The notes: generated by a model not told the origin, from the letters alone. A stretch of DNA of 64,000 nt from Pirellulales bacterium (GCA_044360305.1 JBIKKQ010000001.1:6760-70759), one strand, 5' to 3'; numbered from the stretch's first letter, positions 45,463 to 55,854 are shown. Made by a program: numbers and translations.

Positions 45463-46827
45463 TTACGGCGCCGTCTTCCACGCGACGGCATCGGGCCCGG
45501 TCAGGGCCACGCGAAAGCCCTGGTAGGAGCCGCGGTAGCTGACGGGATCGCGGCCGATTCGGGCGGCGGATCGCCACCGATCCGCGGTGCTCGACCAGCC
45601 TCCGCCACGCTGCACCCGCGCCATTCCCGTGGCGGGCCCCTGTGGATCCGTCTGCCGGCCTCCGGCATAGCCCTTGGGATCGTAGAAGTCCTGGCACCAC
45701 TCCCAGGCGTTGCCGTGCATGTCGAAGATCCCGAAGGCGTTCTTCTCGAATCCGCCAACCGGCACCGTGAACCGGCCCGCCGCGTTCTCCTTAAACCCGA
45801 CCCTGGCCAGGTCCGCGACGGTCGCGCCACACGAGTACGCGGTCTTCGTGCCGGCGCGGCAGGCATACTCCCATTCCGCCTCGGTCGGCAGTCGGTAGTC
45901 CCTGTTCTCCTTCTTGGCCAGCCAGCGGCAGAACGCGTCGGCATCGGTCCAGTTGACGATCACCACGGGATGTTCGTCGGTCTGCGGAAACCCGGTGTTC
46001 TTCCAGGTGTACTGCGGGCCCGACTCCATCTTTCCGCTGTCGGGGTTCACGCCCCAGCCTCCCGTGCCCTCGGCCTCGCCCGACGTCTTGAAGCCGGTCT
46101 CGGCGACGAACTTCCGAAACTGGCCCACCGTCACCTCGGTGGCGCCCAGGTAGAACCCGCGGGAGATCTCCACCTGGTGCTGCACCTCGGCGGGCTCCCG
46201 GCCCGGCTCGTCGGCGGGAGAGCCCATCACGAATGTGCCACGGGGCACGAACACGAGCCGCATCCCGGTACCGTTGGTGATCTCCTTCATTCGCGCCCGC
46301 CATTCCCAGGGCGGCACCGGATCCTTGTCGGCCCACAGACCGCGGCCGGCCTCGCGGGCCTCCCGGGCGGCGGAGATCCACTCCGCGGCTTCGGGCCATG
46401 GTTTCTTCTCGCCGCCTGGCTGCGCCGGCTTCCCCATGAGCTCGTCCTCGACCACCCAGGCCAGCCCCGCGGAGAGCAACTGCTTCGCCAGCGACGCGTT
46501 CTCGGCGTCCCGCATGAAGACCGCGATGCCCTCCTTGTGGGCACGCGGCACGGGGCCGTTCCAAAACACTCCCTTGCCCTCGACGAGTTCCTTGAGTTTG
46601 TCCCGGGCCTGCAAGCCGAACGGTTGATCGAGGGCCGGCGCGACGATGCCGCGGATGCCGAAGGTTCCGCCGCCGCCCTCCTTGCCGTTCCCATCGACAG
46701 CGACGACCTTGACCGTGTCCCCGTCGAGCACGGCGAGTGCCCTGCCGGGCTGATTGCCGGCCTGGGCCACCGGGGCGGAGACGACTCCTGCGATGCACAG
46801 GCAGATGGCGGCGGACGTCACTCGCAT
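45463..46827 (-). CDS. Secreted fusion: SNase (thermonuclease)-like domain + FGE-sulfatase (SUMF1-like) domain
   Basis: Start at MRVTSAAICLCIAGVVSAPVAQA. SNase-like part: VLDGDTVKVV...IRGIVAPALDQPFG...GLAWV...GRGLWADKDPVPPWEWR. FGE part: MRLVFVPRGTFVMGSP...HQVEISRGFYLGATEVTVGQFRKF...HPVVIVNWTDADAFCRWL...YRLPTEAEWEYACRAGT...NAFGIFDMHGNAWEWCQD...RGGGW. Confidence 0.82.
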   Translation of the reverse strand: MRVTSAAICLCIAGVVSAPVAQAGNQPGRALAVLDGDTVKVVAVDGNGKEGGGGTFGIRGIVAPALDQPFGLQARDKLKELVEGKGVFWNGPVPRAHKEGIAVFMRDAENASLAKQLLSAGLAWVVEDELMGKPAQPGGEKKPWPEAAEWISAAREAREAGRGLWADKDPVPPWEWRARMKEITNGTGMRLVFVPRGTFVMGSPADEPGREPAEVQHQVEISRGFYLGATEVTVGQFRKFVAETGFKTSGEAEGTGGWGVNPDSGKMESGPQYTWKNTGFPQTDEHPVVIVNWTDADAFCRWLAKKENRDYRLPTEAEWEYACRAGTKTAYSCGATVADLARVGFKENAAGRFTVPVGGFEKNAFGIFDMHGNAWEWCQDFYDPKGYAGGRQTDPQGPATGMARVQRGGGWSSTADRWRSAARIGRDPVSYRGSYQGFRVALTGPDAVAWKTAP

Positions 46828-46898
46828 GGGTGTGCTCCGGTTGCAAGGAGAGAGAATCCACAGCACGGGGGTCGCCGCGTGCCGGCCGTTTCGCGTCG

Positions 46899-47200
46899 TC
46901 AGGCCGGCTCTTCATCGAACAGTTCGGCGCGCGTGCCGGAGGTATCGATGTCGCGGCATTCGTAATCGGATTCTCCGACTTTCTACGCTTGTCGCTGACC
47001 GCATGCAACAGCGTCAGGCAGACCTTCGCGATCGTTCGGTGGCCGGCCTTGCCGTACCCGGGGAACTGGAGGAATCGCCCGGCTGTCTTCAATCGTCCGC
47101 CAAGATTGCCGACCAGCACCATCGGCCACTGCCTTTCCACGCCGTGATGCGGCTCCGCCAAGTGGCTCGGATACAACCTGGAGCATCCAATAGTTGACAC
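46899..47200 (-). pseudogene. Possible relic of the C-terminal end of a DUF1552-like planctomycetal gene
   Basis: Frame 1: ...HHGVERQWPMVLVGNLGGRLKTAGRFLQFPGYGKAGHRTIAKVCLTLLHAVSDKR. A shifted frame continues VGESDYECRDIDTSGTRAELFDEEPA*. There is no room for the missing ~350 N-terminal codons before thiE. Family resemblance is from memory only. Confidence 0.3.
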
Positions 47201-47402
47201 TCGTCCGTAGCCCGTTCGGGCTGCCGATGGCCTCTCGCGTGACGTTCACGTCGGCCCACGAGGCCCGCGTTCATTGCGTGTCCGCTGCGCTGCGCCGTCC
47301 ATGGCTTCGCTCGCTTCCACAGCCCACGGCGGTCCTGGAAACCATCCACCGTTGCCGGGAGCGGCGCCGCCTGTCGGAGGCATGCTCGTCGCTGGTTGCG
47401 GC

Positions 47403-48518
47403 CTACCCGCCGAGCCGCGCGGCCGCGCGGTGCTCGAGACGCTCGATCAGCGCCCGGGCGGCGGCGGCCGGATCGGCCGCCGCGGTGACCGCGGCCCCGA
47501 CCGCCACCCGGCGGATGCCGAGCGCCGCGAGTTCGTCGAGTCGCTCGACCGTGATGCCACCGATCGCATAGGCCGGCAGGGCGATCGACCTCGCGACCCG
47601 TTCGAGGAACTCGCGCGGCGCGAAAGCACCGAACGCCTTCGTCGCGGAGGGAAAGCAGGGGCCGATGCCGAGGTAGTCCGCTCCCGCACCGGCCGCCGCG
47701 CGGGCCTCGTCCAGATCGTGGGCCGTGCGGCCGAGCAGCCCGCCCGGGCCGATCACTCGGCGGGCGAGCGCCGTCGGCAGGTCGTCGGCGCCGGTGTGAA
47801 CCCCGGCGGCGCCGACCGCCGCCGCCAGGTCGGCCCGGTCGTTGACGACGACCAGCGGCCGCTCCCCCGTGCGGTCGGCATGCCGGCGGGCCAGCGCCAC
47901 CGCCGCCCGCGCCCGCTCCGCGAGTGCCGGCACCCCGAGCGCCTTGTCGCGGAGTTGGATCATGCGCACCCCGGCGTCGAACAGCGTCTCCACGAGCGCC
48001 GCGAACGCCGCGGCATCCCGCCGGCCATCGACGAGCACGCACAGGTTCACGCCCGCGAGCCGCTCCCGGGCGTTGGCGGCGGCCAGCGCATCCCGGTCGA
48101 GGTCGTAAAGACGGTATCGGAGCCGCTCGAACCCGGCCGCCGTCTCCGGCGCCACGACAGCCGCCATCTCGGCGAGGCTGCGCAGGGCCTGCCCCGCCCG
48201 GGCGGCATTGGCCGCGACGAGGTCGGCGACCGACGCGCGACGCAGGGTTGCGGCGGCTTCGATGCCCGTACCGACGTCGCTGGCGACATCCCGGGCCGCG
48301 ACCCGGTGCCGCAGCGGTCCGGTCGCGAGCAGTCCCGCGAGATCGTGCCGCAGGTTCTTGGCGACCGCGGTCAGCCGTTCGTCGTCGAGGCCGAACCGGA
48401 CCACATCCTCGAGCACCCGCAGGGCCTCCCCGGCCCGGTTGGCGGAGGCGTCGATGGCCCGCCAGACGCCGGCGTTTCCGGCCGTGGCCGGCGGTTCCTT
48501 TGGTTCCCTGTCTTGCAT
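47403..48518 (-). CDS. thiE: Thiamine-phosphate synthase with N-terminal extension domain
   Basis: C-terminal half: LCVLVDGR...GVRMIQLRDK...LVVVNDRADLAAAVGAAGVHTGADDL...LGRTAHDLDEA...GADYLGIGPCFPSATK...AYAIGGIT. Confidence 0.85.
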   Translation of the reverse strand: MQDREPKEPPATAGNAGVWRAIDASANRAGEALRVLEDVVRFGLDDERLTAVAKNLRHDLAGLLATGPLRHRVAARDVASDVGTGIEAAATLRRASVADLVAANAARAGQALRSLAEMAAVVAPETAAGFERLRYRLYDLDRDALAAANARERLAGVNLCVLVDGRRDAAAFAALVETLFDAGVRMIQLRDKALGVPALAERARAAVALARRHADRTGERPLVVVNDRADLAAAVGAAGVHTGADDLPTALARRVIGPGGLLGRTAHDLDEARAAAGAGADYLGIGPCFPSATKAFGAFAPREFLERVARSIALPAYAIGGITVERLDELAALGIRRVAVGAAVTAAADPAAAARALIERLEHRAAARLGG

Positions 48519-48642
48519 GGTTTGCCGACGATCTTACCAGCGCCGAACGGCCGGCCCACACGCCTTGGCCCGCCGCGGCCGACCCCCTAGACTCCCGCCC
48601 CGGCCGGGTCCCGTCCCGGCCGGCAACGACGAGGCTGGATCG

Positions 48643-49257
48643 ATGGCAATCCTCCGTTCCCTGACGCTCGCCTGGCCGGGCATGCCCTGGCTCTGGCTGC
48701 GCGGCAGCCGGTCGGGGCTGGTGCTCGCCCTCGCCTTCGCCGTCAGCGTGGACGTCGCGATCGTCACCACCTGGATCTGGTCGGAACTCGTCGGGCTCGG
48801 GGTGACGATCGGACTCTGGGCGGGCGCCGCCGCGGTCTGGGTGATCGCCACGGCGTCGGCCCTGGCCGCGTTCCCGGCGCCGATTCCGCGGCCGCGAACC
48901 GGCGCGGCCGACGCCCTGTTCATCAAGGCCCGCGATGCCTATCTCGCCCGCGACTGGCCGGCGGCTGAGACCCACCTCCACGAACTCCTCGCCATCGCCC
49001 CCACCGATGGCGAAGCCCAGCTTCTCCGGGCCACGCTCCTGCGCCGGCTCGGCCGGCTGTCCGAGGCCCGGGCGGCGCTGGCGGCTCTCGCCGAGAGCGA
49101 CTCCGGGGGCCCGTGGCGGGCGGAGATCGCCCGCGAGATCGCCCGCGCCAACCCCGCCAGCCGGCCGGCTGAGGGGAGCGAGCCGGCTGACGCGGCGACG
49201 ATCCTGCCCCTGCGGCCGGCGACGGCCGACGACGAACCCCGCGAAGTGGCCGCCTGA
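48643..49257 (+). CDS. Membrane protein with TPR-like C-terminal region
   Basis: ATG at 48643. Two TM helices: LVLALAFAVSVDVAIVTTWIW and VTIGLWAGAAAVWVIATASALAA. Then ARDAYLARDWPAAETHLHELLAIAPTDGEAQLLRATLLRRLGRLSEARAAL. Confidence 0.55.
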   Translation: MAILRSLTLAWPGMPWLWLRGSRSGLVLALAFAVSVDVAIVTTWIWSELVGLGVTIGLWAGAAAVWVIATASALAAFPAPIPRPRTGAADALFIKARDAYLARDWPAAETHLHELLAIAPTDGEAQLLRATLLRRLGRLSEARAALAALAESDSGGPWRAEIAREIARANPASRPAEGSEPADAATILPLRPATADDEPREVAA

Positions 49258-49449
49258 TCCGCCGGGGCGGCAACCGGCCGCTTTGCGGGGAATTCTCCGC
49301 GGGAATCGGCCGGGGTGGAACGCGCCGGCCGATTTGGCGTAAGGTTTGCACCGGCAATAATGTGACACAGGACGCCTGCCGGAATGGCACCCGGGCGTCC
49401 ACGGTGGTACCGACGACGACCCAAGGACGACCAAAGGGGAATCCCCTCC

Positions 49450-51987
49450 ATGTACGAGCGATTCACGGACCGTGCCCGCAAGGTGATGCAGCTGGCCAAC
49501 CAGGAGGCCCAGCGGTTCAACCACGAGTACATCGGCACCGAGCACGTGCTCCTCGGCCTGATCAAGGAGGGGAGCGGCGTCGCCGCCAACGTCCTCAAGA
49601 ACCTCGACATCGACCTGCGGAAGATCCGCATGGAGGTCGAGAAGCTCGTCCAGAGCGGCCCGGACATGGTCACCATGGGCAAGCTGCCGCAGACGCCGCG
49701 GGCCAAGAAGGTGATCGAGTATTCGATGGAGGAGGCCCGCAACCTCAATCACAACTACGTCGGCACCGAGCACATCCTCCTCGGCCTGCTCCGCGAGCAG
49801 GAGGGAGTGGCGGCGCAGGTTCTGATGAACCTCGGCCTGAAGTTGGAGGACGTCCGCGAGGAGGTCCTCAACCTGCTCGGCCACGGCATGGAGGAAGGGG
49901 GCGAGCGGGCCGGCATGGGGGGCCGCCAGCCGGCCGGCGCCGGCGGTGGCGGCGAGTCCGCACCCAAGGGGGGCAAGAGCAAGACACCGGCCCTCGACAG
50001 CTTCGGCCGCGACCTCACCGAACTCGCCAGGCAGGGGAAGCTCGATCCGGTCATCGGCCGCGAGAAGGAGATCGAGCGGGCGATCCAGATCCTCTGCCGG
50101 CGGACGAAGAACAATCCCGTGCTCCTCGGCGAGGCGGGCGTCGGCAAGACGGCGATCGTGGAGGGCTTCGCCCAGCGGGTGGTGGACGGCAACGTCCCGG
50201 AGCTCCTCGCCGACCGGCGGATCGTCGTCCTCGACCTCGCCATGATGGTGGCCGGCACCAAGTACCGCGGCCAGTTCGAGGAGCGGATCAAGGCGGTGAT
50301 GAACGAGGTCCGCCGGGCGAAGAACACGATCCTGTTCATCGACGAGCTCCACACCCTCGTCGGCGCCGGCGGCGCCGAGGGGGCGATCGACGCCTCCAAC
50401 GTGCTCAAGCCGGCCCTGGCCCGCGGCGAGATCCAGTGCATCGGGGCCACCACGCTCGATGAGTACCGGAAGTACATCGAGAAGGACTCGGCCCTCGACC
50501 GGCGGTTCCAGATCATCATGATCGAGCCGGCCACGAAGGAGGAGGCGGTCGAGATCCTCAAGGGGCTGCGCGACCGGTACGAAAGCCACCACCGGGTGAC
50601 GATCAGCGACGCCGCCCTCGAGGCCGCCGTCGATCTCTCCAGCCGCTATATCACCGGCCGCTGCCTGCCGGACAAGGCGATCGACGTCATCGACGAGGCC
50701 GGCGCCCGGGTCCGGCTCAAGGCGATGACCAAGCCGCCGGACCTCAAGGAGATCGACGAGGAGGTCGAGCGGCTCAACAAGGAGAAGGAGGAGGCGGTCG
50801 CCAATCAGGACTTCGAGAAGGCAGCCGCCCTCCGCGACCAGGCCGACAAGCTCAAGAAGAAGAAGCAGTCGATGACCCGCGACTGGCGGGACAAGAGCCG
50901 CGAGGCCGACGGCGTCGTGGACGACGAGGTCGTGGCCGAGGTGGTCTCGCGGATGACCGGCATCCCGCTGACGCGGATGAGCACCGAGGACCAGCAGCGG
51001 CTGATGGGGATGGAGGCGGAGCTGCACAAGAAGGTCATCGGCCAGGATGCGGCGATCAAGAGCATCTCCAAGGCGGTGCGGCGCAGCCGATCGGGACTCA
51101 AGGATCCGAAGCGGCCGATCGGCTCGTTTGTCTTCGCCGGGCCGACCGGCGTGGGCAAGACGCTGCTCGCCAAGGCGCTGGCGCAGTTCATGTTCGGCGA
51201 CGCCGACGCGCTCATCCAGATCGACATGAGCGAGTACATGGAGAAGCACAACGTCAGCCGGCTGATCGGGGCGCCCCCGGGCTACGTCGGCTTCGAGGAG
51301 GGGGGGCAGCTGACGGAGAAGATCCGGCGCCGGCCCTACGCCGTGGTCCTGCTCGACGAGATCGAGAAGGCCCATCCGGACGTGTTCAACATGCTGCTCC
51401 AGGTGATGGAGGAGGGGCGGCTGACCGACTCCTTCGGCCGCAACGTCGACTTCCGCAACACGATCATCATCATGACGACGAACGCCGGGGCCGAGGCGAT
51501 CAAGAACGAGTCGGCCTTCGGCTTCCAGAAGCCCGACGGCGACGCGAGCTACGACAGCATGAAGAGCCGGGTGAACGAGCGGATCGAGAAGGTCTTCCGG
51601 CCGGAGTTCCTCAACCGCCTCGACGACGTGATCGTGTTCCACCATCTCACCGTCGAGGACCTCAAGCAGGTGATCGACATCGAGCTGGCGAAGGTCCGCG
51701 AGCGGCTCGGCGAGCGCGGCCTGCGTCTGGAGCTCACCGACGAGGCGAAGAAGTTCCTCATCAAGAAGGGGTCCGACACCGACTTCGGCGCCCGGCCGCT
51801 GCGTCGGGCCCTGGAGAACTACATCGAGGACCCGGTCTCCGAGGAGCTCCTCAAGGGCGAGTTCACCGGCAAGGACACGATCCAGGTGGACTGCGTCGAG
51901 GTGGCGGGCAAGAAGCAGCTCGTCTTCAAGGGCCTGGTGACGGCCGAGCCGGTCGCCGCCGCCGGCCCCGAGGGCAGCCCCAGCTGA
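49450..51987 (+). CDS. clpC: ATP-dependent Clp protease ATP-binding subunit ClpC
   Basis: [37 protein letters not shown] (Clp_N repeats). Two Walker A sites ([27 protein letters not shown]). UVR-like [21 protein letters not shown] at 49450 within ORF 49384..51987. Confidence 0.95.
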   Translation: MYERFTDRARKVMQLANQEAQRFNHEYIGTEHVLLGLIKEGSGVAANVLKNLDIDLRKIRMEVEKLVQSGPDMVTMGKLPQTPRAKKVIEYSMEEARNLNHNYVGTEHILLGLLREQEGVAAQVLMNLGLKLEDVREEVLNLLGHGMEEGGERAGMGGRQPAGAGGGGESAPKGGKSKTPALDSFGRDLTELARQGKLDPVIGREKEIERAIQILCRRTKNNPVLLGEAGVGKTAIVEGFAQRVVDGNVPELLADRRIVVLDLAMMVAGTKYRGQFEERIKAVMNEVRRAKNTILFIDELHTLVGAGGAEGAIDASNVLKPALARGEIQCIGATTLDEYRKYIEKDSALDRRFQIIMIEPATKEEAVEILKGLRDRYESHHRVTISDAALEAAVDLSSRYITGRCLPDKAIDVIDEAGARVRLKAMTKPPDLKEIDEEVERLNKEKEEAVANQDFEKAAALRDQADKLKKKKQSMTRDWRDKSREADGVVDDEVVAEVVSRMTGIPLTRMSTEDQQRLMGMEAELHKKVIGQDAAIKSISKAVRRSRSGLKDPKRPIGSFVFAGPTGVGKTLLAKALAQFMFGDADALIQIDMSEYMEKHNVSRLIGAPPGYVGFEEGGQLTEKIRRRPYAVVLLDEIEKAHPDVFNMLLQVMEEGRLTDSFGRNVDFRNTIIIMTTNAGAEAIKNESAFGFQKPDGDASYDSMKSRVNERIEKVFRPEFLNRLDDVIVFHHLTVEDLKQVIDIELAKVRERLGERGLRLELTDEAKKFLIKKGSDTDFGARPLRRALENYIEDPVSEELLKGEFTGKDTIQVDCVEVAGKKQLVFKGLVTAEPVAAAGPEGSPS

Positions 51988-52002
51988 CGCGGTCGCGCGG
52001 GG

Positions 52003-52497
52003 TCAGAACATCTTCTCGAACAGCCGCCGGCTCCGGGCGTCGAGTTCCGCCACCTGCACGATCCGGTAGCGAACACCGAAGGTGTCGCTGACGTACGCGC
52101 CCCCCGACTCGTCGCGGGCGATGTCGTCCACTCCCGCCACCTTGAACCGGGCCGGCCCCCTGTCGGTGTGCACGCACCACTCGGCCGGCTCGCCGTCGGA
52201 GACGGCGTCGATCCGCTCGATCACGGGGAGGAACTCGCGCTCGGCAAGCTCCGCCTCGAGCATCGACCGCAGGTCGGGGGCCACGGCCGAGAGGGCGGGA
52301 ATCCAGGCCAGTTCGGCGCCGTCGCCGGCCACCACGGCCACCGGTCCCTCGGGCGCGCTGACCGGAAAGGCCCGGAGCACGTCCACGGCCTCGTGACGGC
52401 GGCCCGCGGCCGTGACGAAGGCCAGGCGGCCGTGGGGGTGTCGCTCCAGCACCCAGCCCTCCCGCGCCGCCGCCGTGGTCACCTCGCCACCAGCCAT
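52003..52497 (-). CDS. DUF1854 domain protein
   Basis: AVDVLRAFPVSAPEGPVAVVAGDGAELAWIPALSAVAPDLRSMLEAELAEREFLPVIERI...WCVHTDRGPARFKV...VSDTFGVRYRIVQVAELDARSRRLFEKMF. It lies 17 nt downstream of the ABC exporter gene on the same strand. Confidence 0.65.
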   Translation of the reverse strand: MAGGEVTTAAAREGWVLERHPHGRLAFVTAAGRRHEAVDVLRAFPVSAPEGPVAVVAGDGAELAWIPALSAVAPDLRSMLEAELAEREFLPVIERIDAVSDGEPAEWCVHTDRGPARFKVAGVDDIARDESGGAYVSDTFGVRYRIVQVAELDARSRRLFEKMF

Positions 52498-52513
52498 CGG
52501 TCGTCCTCCCGGT

Positions 52514-54853
52514 TCAGCACCCGGCCGCCTCCTCGGCGGCCTTCATCTGGGCATGGTAGAGCCGGGCATAGGCACCGTCGGCCGCCAGCAGCTCGTCGTG
52601 CGTCCCCATCTCCACGATCCGCCCGGCGTCGAGGACCACCAGCCGGTTCGCACGGCGCAGCGTCGACAGCCGGTGGGCAATGGCGATCGTGGTCCGCCCG
52701 GTCACCAGCCGGTCGATCGCCGCCTGGATGATCGCCTCGGTCTCGGCGTCGACCGAGGACGTGGCCTCGTCGAGGACGAGGATCCGCGGATCGACGAGCA
52801 GCGCCCGGGCGATCGACAGCCGCTGCCGTTCCCCGCCGGAGAGGCCGCCGCCGCGCTCGCCGAGCCGCGAGTCGTAGGCCAGCGGCTGGGCGAGGATGAA
52901 GTCGTGCGCCCCGGCCGCCCGGGCCGCCTCCACGATGCTCTCGCGCGACGCGTCCGGCCGTCCGTAGGCGATGTTCTCCGCGATCGTGCCAAAGAACAGG
53001 AACGGCTCCTGGAGCACGCAGCCGAGGTTGCGGTGGTAGTCGGCGATCGCCAGTTCCCGCAGATCGACGCCGTCCACCCGGATCGAGCCGCTGGACGGGT
53101 CGTAGAACCTGCACACGAGGTTGGCGAGCGTCGACTTCCCCGATCCGCTCGTGCCCACGAGGCCGATCATCTCCCCCGGCTCGATGACCAGATCGATGCC
53201 GTGGAGCACCTCGCGCGACCCGTAGCGGAAGTGCACCCCGGCGATCTCGATACGCCCCTTGACCCGGCCCGGCCGCTGCGGCCGGGCCGCCTCGGCGACC
53301 GTTGGCCGGCAGTCGAGGATCTCGAAGATCCGCTGGGCGCTGGCCGCGGCCCGCTGCGTCGCCGGCACCATGCGGATCATCGACTCGACGCGGCCGTAGA
53401 AGCGGGCGATGTAGGCGAGGAACGCGGTCAGCTTGCCGACGGTCACGCCGCCGTCGAACACCAGCCAGGCGCCCGCCGCCCACACCACCAGCAGGCCGAT
53501 CTCGCTGAACAGGCTGACCAGCGGACCGAAGAACGCCCAGACGACGTTCACCCGGTCGTTGGCCTCCAGCACCCGGTCGTTGGCGGCGCGAAACCGGTCG
53601 ATCTCCCGCGACTCCTGGGCGAACGCCTTGACGACGCGGATGCCGGGAATCGTGTCGGCGAGCACGCTCGTCATGTCGCCCCAGGCCACGCTCGCCCGGC
53701 CGAATCCGCGGCGCAGCCGCTCGCGGACGGCGTACACCAGCCAGACCACGAACGGAAACGGCACCAGCGTCAGCAGGGCGAGGAGCGGGCTCAGCCAGAC
53801 GAGCACGGCCGCCGTCAGCACGAGGAGCATGACGTTGGAGGCGAACTCGATCAGGTTCACCGACAGGAAGATGTTGATCTTGTCGGTGTCGCTCCCCACC
53901 CGCGACATCAGGTCGCCCGTCCGCCGCGCCTGGAAGAAGTCGAGCGACAGGGACTGCATGTGGGCGTAGGTGCGGGTGCGCAGGCCGGCGGCGATCCGCT
54001 CGCTCACCCAGGCGAGCGTCCACATCTGCGCCCACGACAGCAGCCAGGCCGCGACGGCGGCCGCCAGCAGGCCGGCGAGATACCACCACACGAGCGCAAA
54101 CGGCACCGACTGGCCGTTCTGGCGGGGGATGAGCACGTCGTCCACCAGCGGCATCGTCAGGTACGGAGGCACCAGCGCCGCGGCCGTGCCGGCCAGCGAC
54201 AGCACCGCACCGAGCAGGGCCATCCCGGCGAAGGGACGGGCGAACGTGAGCACGCGGACCAGCGCCCGCCACGAGGCGTCGCCGCCGGCGGCGGCGAAAC
54301 CGTCCTCGTCGCCACGGCGGCCGGCCGCGGCCGCCAGCGACGCCGACTCGTCCGCCGTCTCGCGGTCCCCCGCGCTGCCATCGTCGGCGACCGGCGGCCG
54401 GGCTTCCGCCTCCACGGCGGCTTCCCGGCTGACGCCCGACCGCAGGGTGTCGAAGGCGTCTTCGAGGGCATGCACGCCCTTCGCGCGGGCGAGCGAGAAC
54501 AGCCAGCGAGCCACGATCCGGCCGCGCTGGGCCAACTCGATGCGACCGACCGCCCCGCGGACGTGCGCGTCGAGGTGCGTCTGGTCGTCGATCGGCCACG
54601 ATCCCGGCCCCGGACCGGCGGCCGCCTGGTCGGCTGAGGCGGGAGTATCGGCGATCAACCGCCGGTCGGTGAGCGCGATCCAGCCGTCCGCGAATTGGAG
54701 TCGCGCGTCGAGATCGAAGCGGCAGGTGGCGAGGAGGGTCTCGCCCGGTTCGAGACCGACGCGGCCCCCCCACGGAAGCCCGCCCGGCTCGTCGGCGGCC
54801 CCGCCGGGGCCGTGCGTTTCAGGTCGGGTTGGCTGGGGTGCCATCACCATCAT
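52514..54853 (-). CDS. ABC exporter (fused permease + ATPase, MsbA-like) with ~190-aa N-terminal cytosolic extension
   Basis: 6-TM domain, then GTSGSGKSTLANL (Walker A), LSGGERQRLSIARALL (signature) and ILVLDEATSSVD (Walker B). The N-terminal extension GETLLATCRFDLDARLQFADGWIALTDRRLIA resembles bacterial PH-like (YdbT-type) domains. Confidence 0.88.
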   Translation of the reverse strand: MMVMAPQPTRPETHGPGGAADEPGGLPWGGRVGLEPGETLLATCRFDLDARLQFADGWIALTDRRLIADTPASADQAAAGPGPGSWPIDDQTHLDAHVRGAVGRIELAQRGRIVARWLFSLARAKGVHALEDAFDTLRSGVSREAAVEAEARPPVADDGSAGDRETADESASLAAAAGRRGDEDGFAAAGGDASWRALVRVLTFARPFAGMALLGAVLSLAGTAAALVPPYLTMPLVDDVLIPRQNGQSVPFALVWWYLAGLLAAAVAAWLLSWAQMWTLAWVSERIAAGLRTRTYAHMQSLSLDFFQARRTGDLMSRVGSDTDKINIFLSVNLIEFASNVMLLVLTAAVLVWLSPLLALLTLVPFPFVVWLVYAVRERLRRGFGRASVAWGDMTSVLADTIPGIRVVKAFAQESREIDRFRAANDRVLEANDRVNVVWAFFGPLVSLFSEIGLLVVWAAGAWLVFDGGVTVGKLTAFLAYIARFYGRVESMIRMVPATQRAAASAQRIFEILDCRPTVAEAARPQRPGRVKGRIEIAGVHFRYGSREVLHGIDLVIEPGEMIGLVGTSGSGKSTLANLVCRFYDPSSGSIRVDGVDLRELAIADYHRNLGCVLQEPFLFFGTIAENIAYGRPDASRESIVEAARAAGAHDFILAQPLAYDSRLGERGGGLSGGERQRLSIARALLVDPRILVLDEATSSVDAETEAIIQAAIDRLVTGRTTIAIAHRLSTLRRANRLVVLDAGRIVEMGTHDELLAADGAYARLYHAQMKAAEEAAGC

Positions 54854-55854
54854 CCACGGGGTGCGACGGACCGGACGGGGGCGAAAAACGGTGGGAAAAG
54901 AGCTGCCATGCCGGTTTTTCCGCCGGAAACCCCCGGCGGCAGCCGGCCCTCAGAAACTTGCGTTGCTTGCCGAACATACCTAAATTACCGGATCTTTGTG
55001 GCAAGGAAGTGGCGCGGGCCACGAAACACAGGGATGCGGCTGGACGGTCGGTGCTCGTGCACCGGCCGCACTGCGTGGCCCGCTCGATGTGCAATTTTTT
55101 CCCACCCGTCCCCCATCCGGCCCCCGGATCAGACCGCGGAATTGTCGATTCTTCAATGAGTCGCGGCTCGTGGTCCACCGGATCGCGGCTATTCCCCGCG
55201 TCGGTCACGGAAATCCGGGCATGCGTGGACATCCGGCACGCCACGTGCATTCGGAGGACCGCGACGGAAAAAGTTTCGCACCCGGTCGATGGAAGCGTAG
55301 ACTTTTTCCATCGGCTCGCGGAGGGAGTGGCGTTCAGTCGCCATGAGCTTCGCGGCCGAGACGGCATCGCGCGTCCGCAAGACGGGCGTTGCCGGAGTCG
55401 GATTCAAGGTGCCGCGAGGAACGGAAACCGCAAGCGAACGCGCGTCCGTGTGGCGTGCGGCGGTGACAACCGGCCTGGCGGTGTAGGAATTCATCCCTCC
55501 CATGGCCACCTCGGCCGGTCGATTGTCGGTCGGTTACGCGTTCCTCTCGTTGTCCAGCGGCCTTCGCGTTCCGAAGGCCCTCCTGCTGCCGAAAGCTGTC
55601 TTCAGCGGCGGCATCTCTCCCGCGGCTCCGGATTGCCAGCCGCCCTGACGCACACCCACCACGTCGGGTTCGTACGGATGCCTGCGCCAGCAGGCAGGAC
55701 TGTGCAGGCGACGCGCCTGTGCAGCCCCGTTGTGACCCGTGCGACCTCCTTTCCAGAACCATCCGTCGGAACGTCCCGCGGCTGGAGGAGGCGCACACGA
55801 CCAGGCCCACGCACGCGTCTGCGTCGAGCCTAACGAAGAGCATCACGCCCTCCC

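Noticed and set aside
47089-51645. 1518-aa minus-strand ORF, the longest in the track
   Set aside because: It is antisense to the unmistakable clpC and overlaps thiE and the TPR gene. The translation is an R/G/P/A-rich string with no motifs. This is the typical stop-poor antisense frame of high-GC DNA.
55189-55509. 106-codon minus-strand ORF (MAMGGMNSYTARPVV...MEKVYASIDRVRNFF...) in the ABC/cphA intergenic region, with GGGAGGG next to an internal ATG
   Set aside because: Third-position GC is well below that of the real genes here. The SD-like run has no spacer. No family was recognised. It is kept only as part of the intergenic-region finding.
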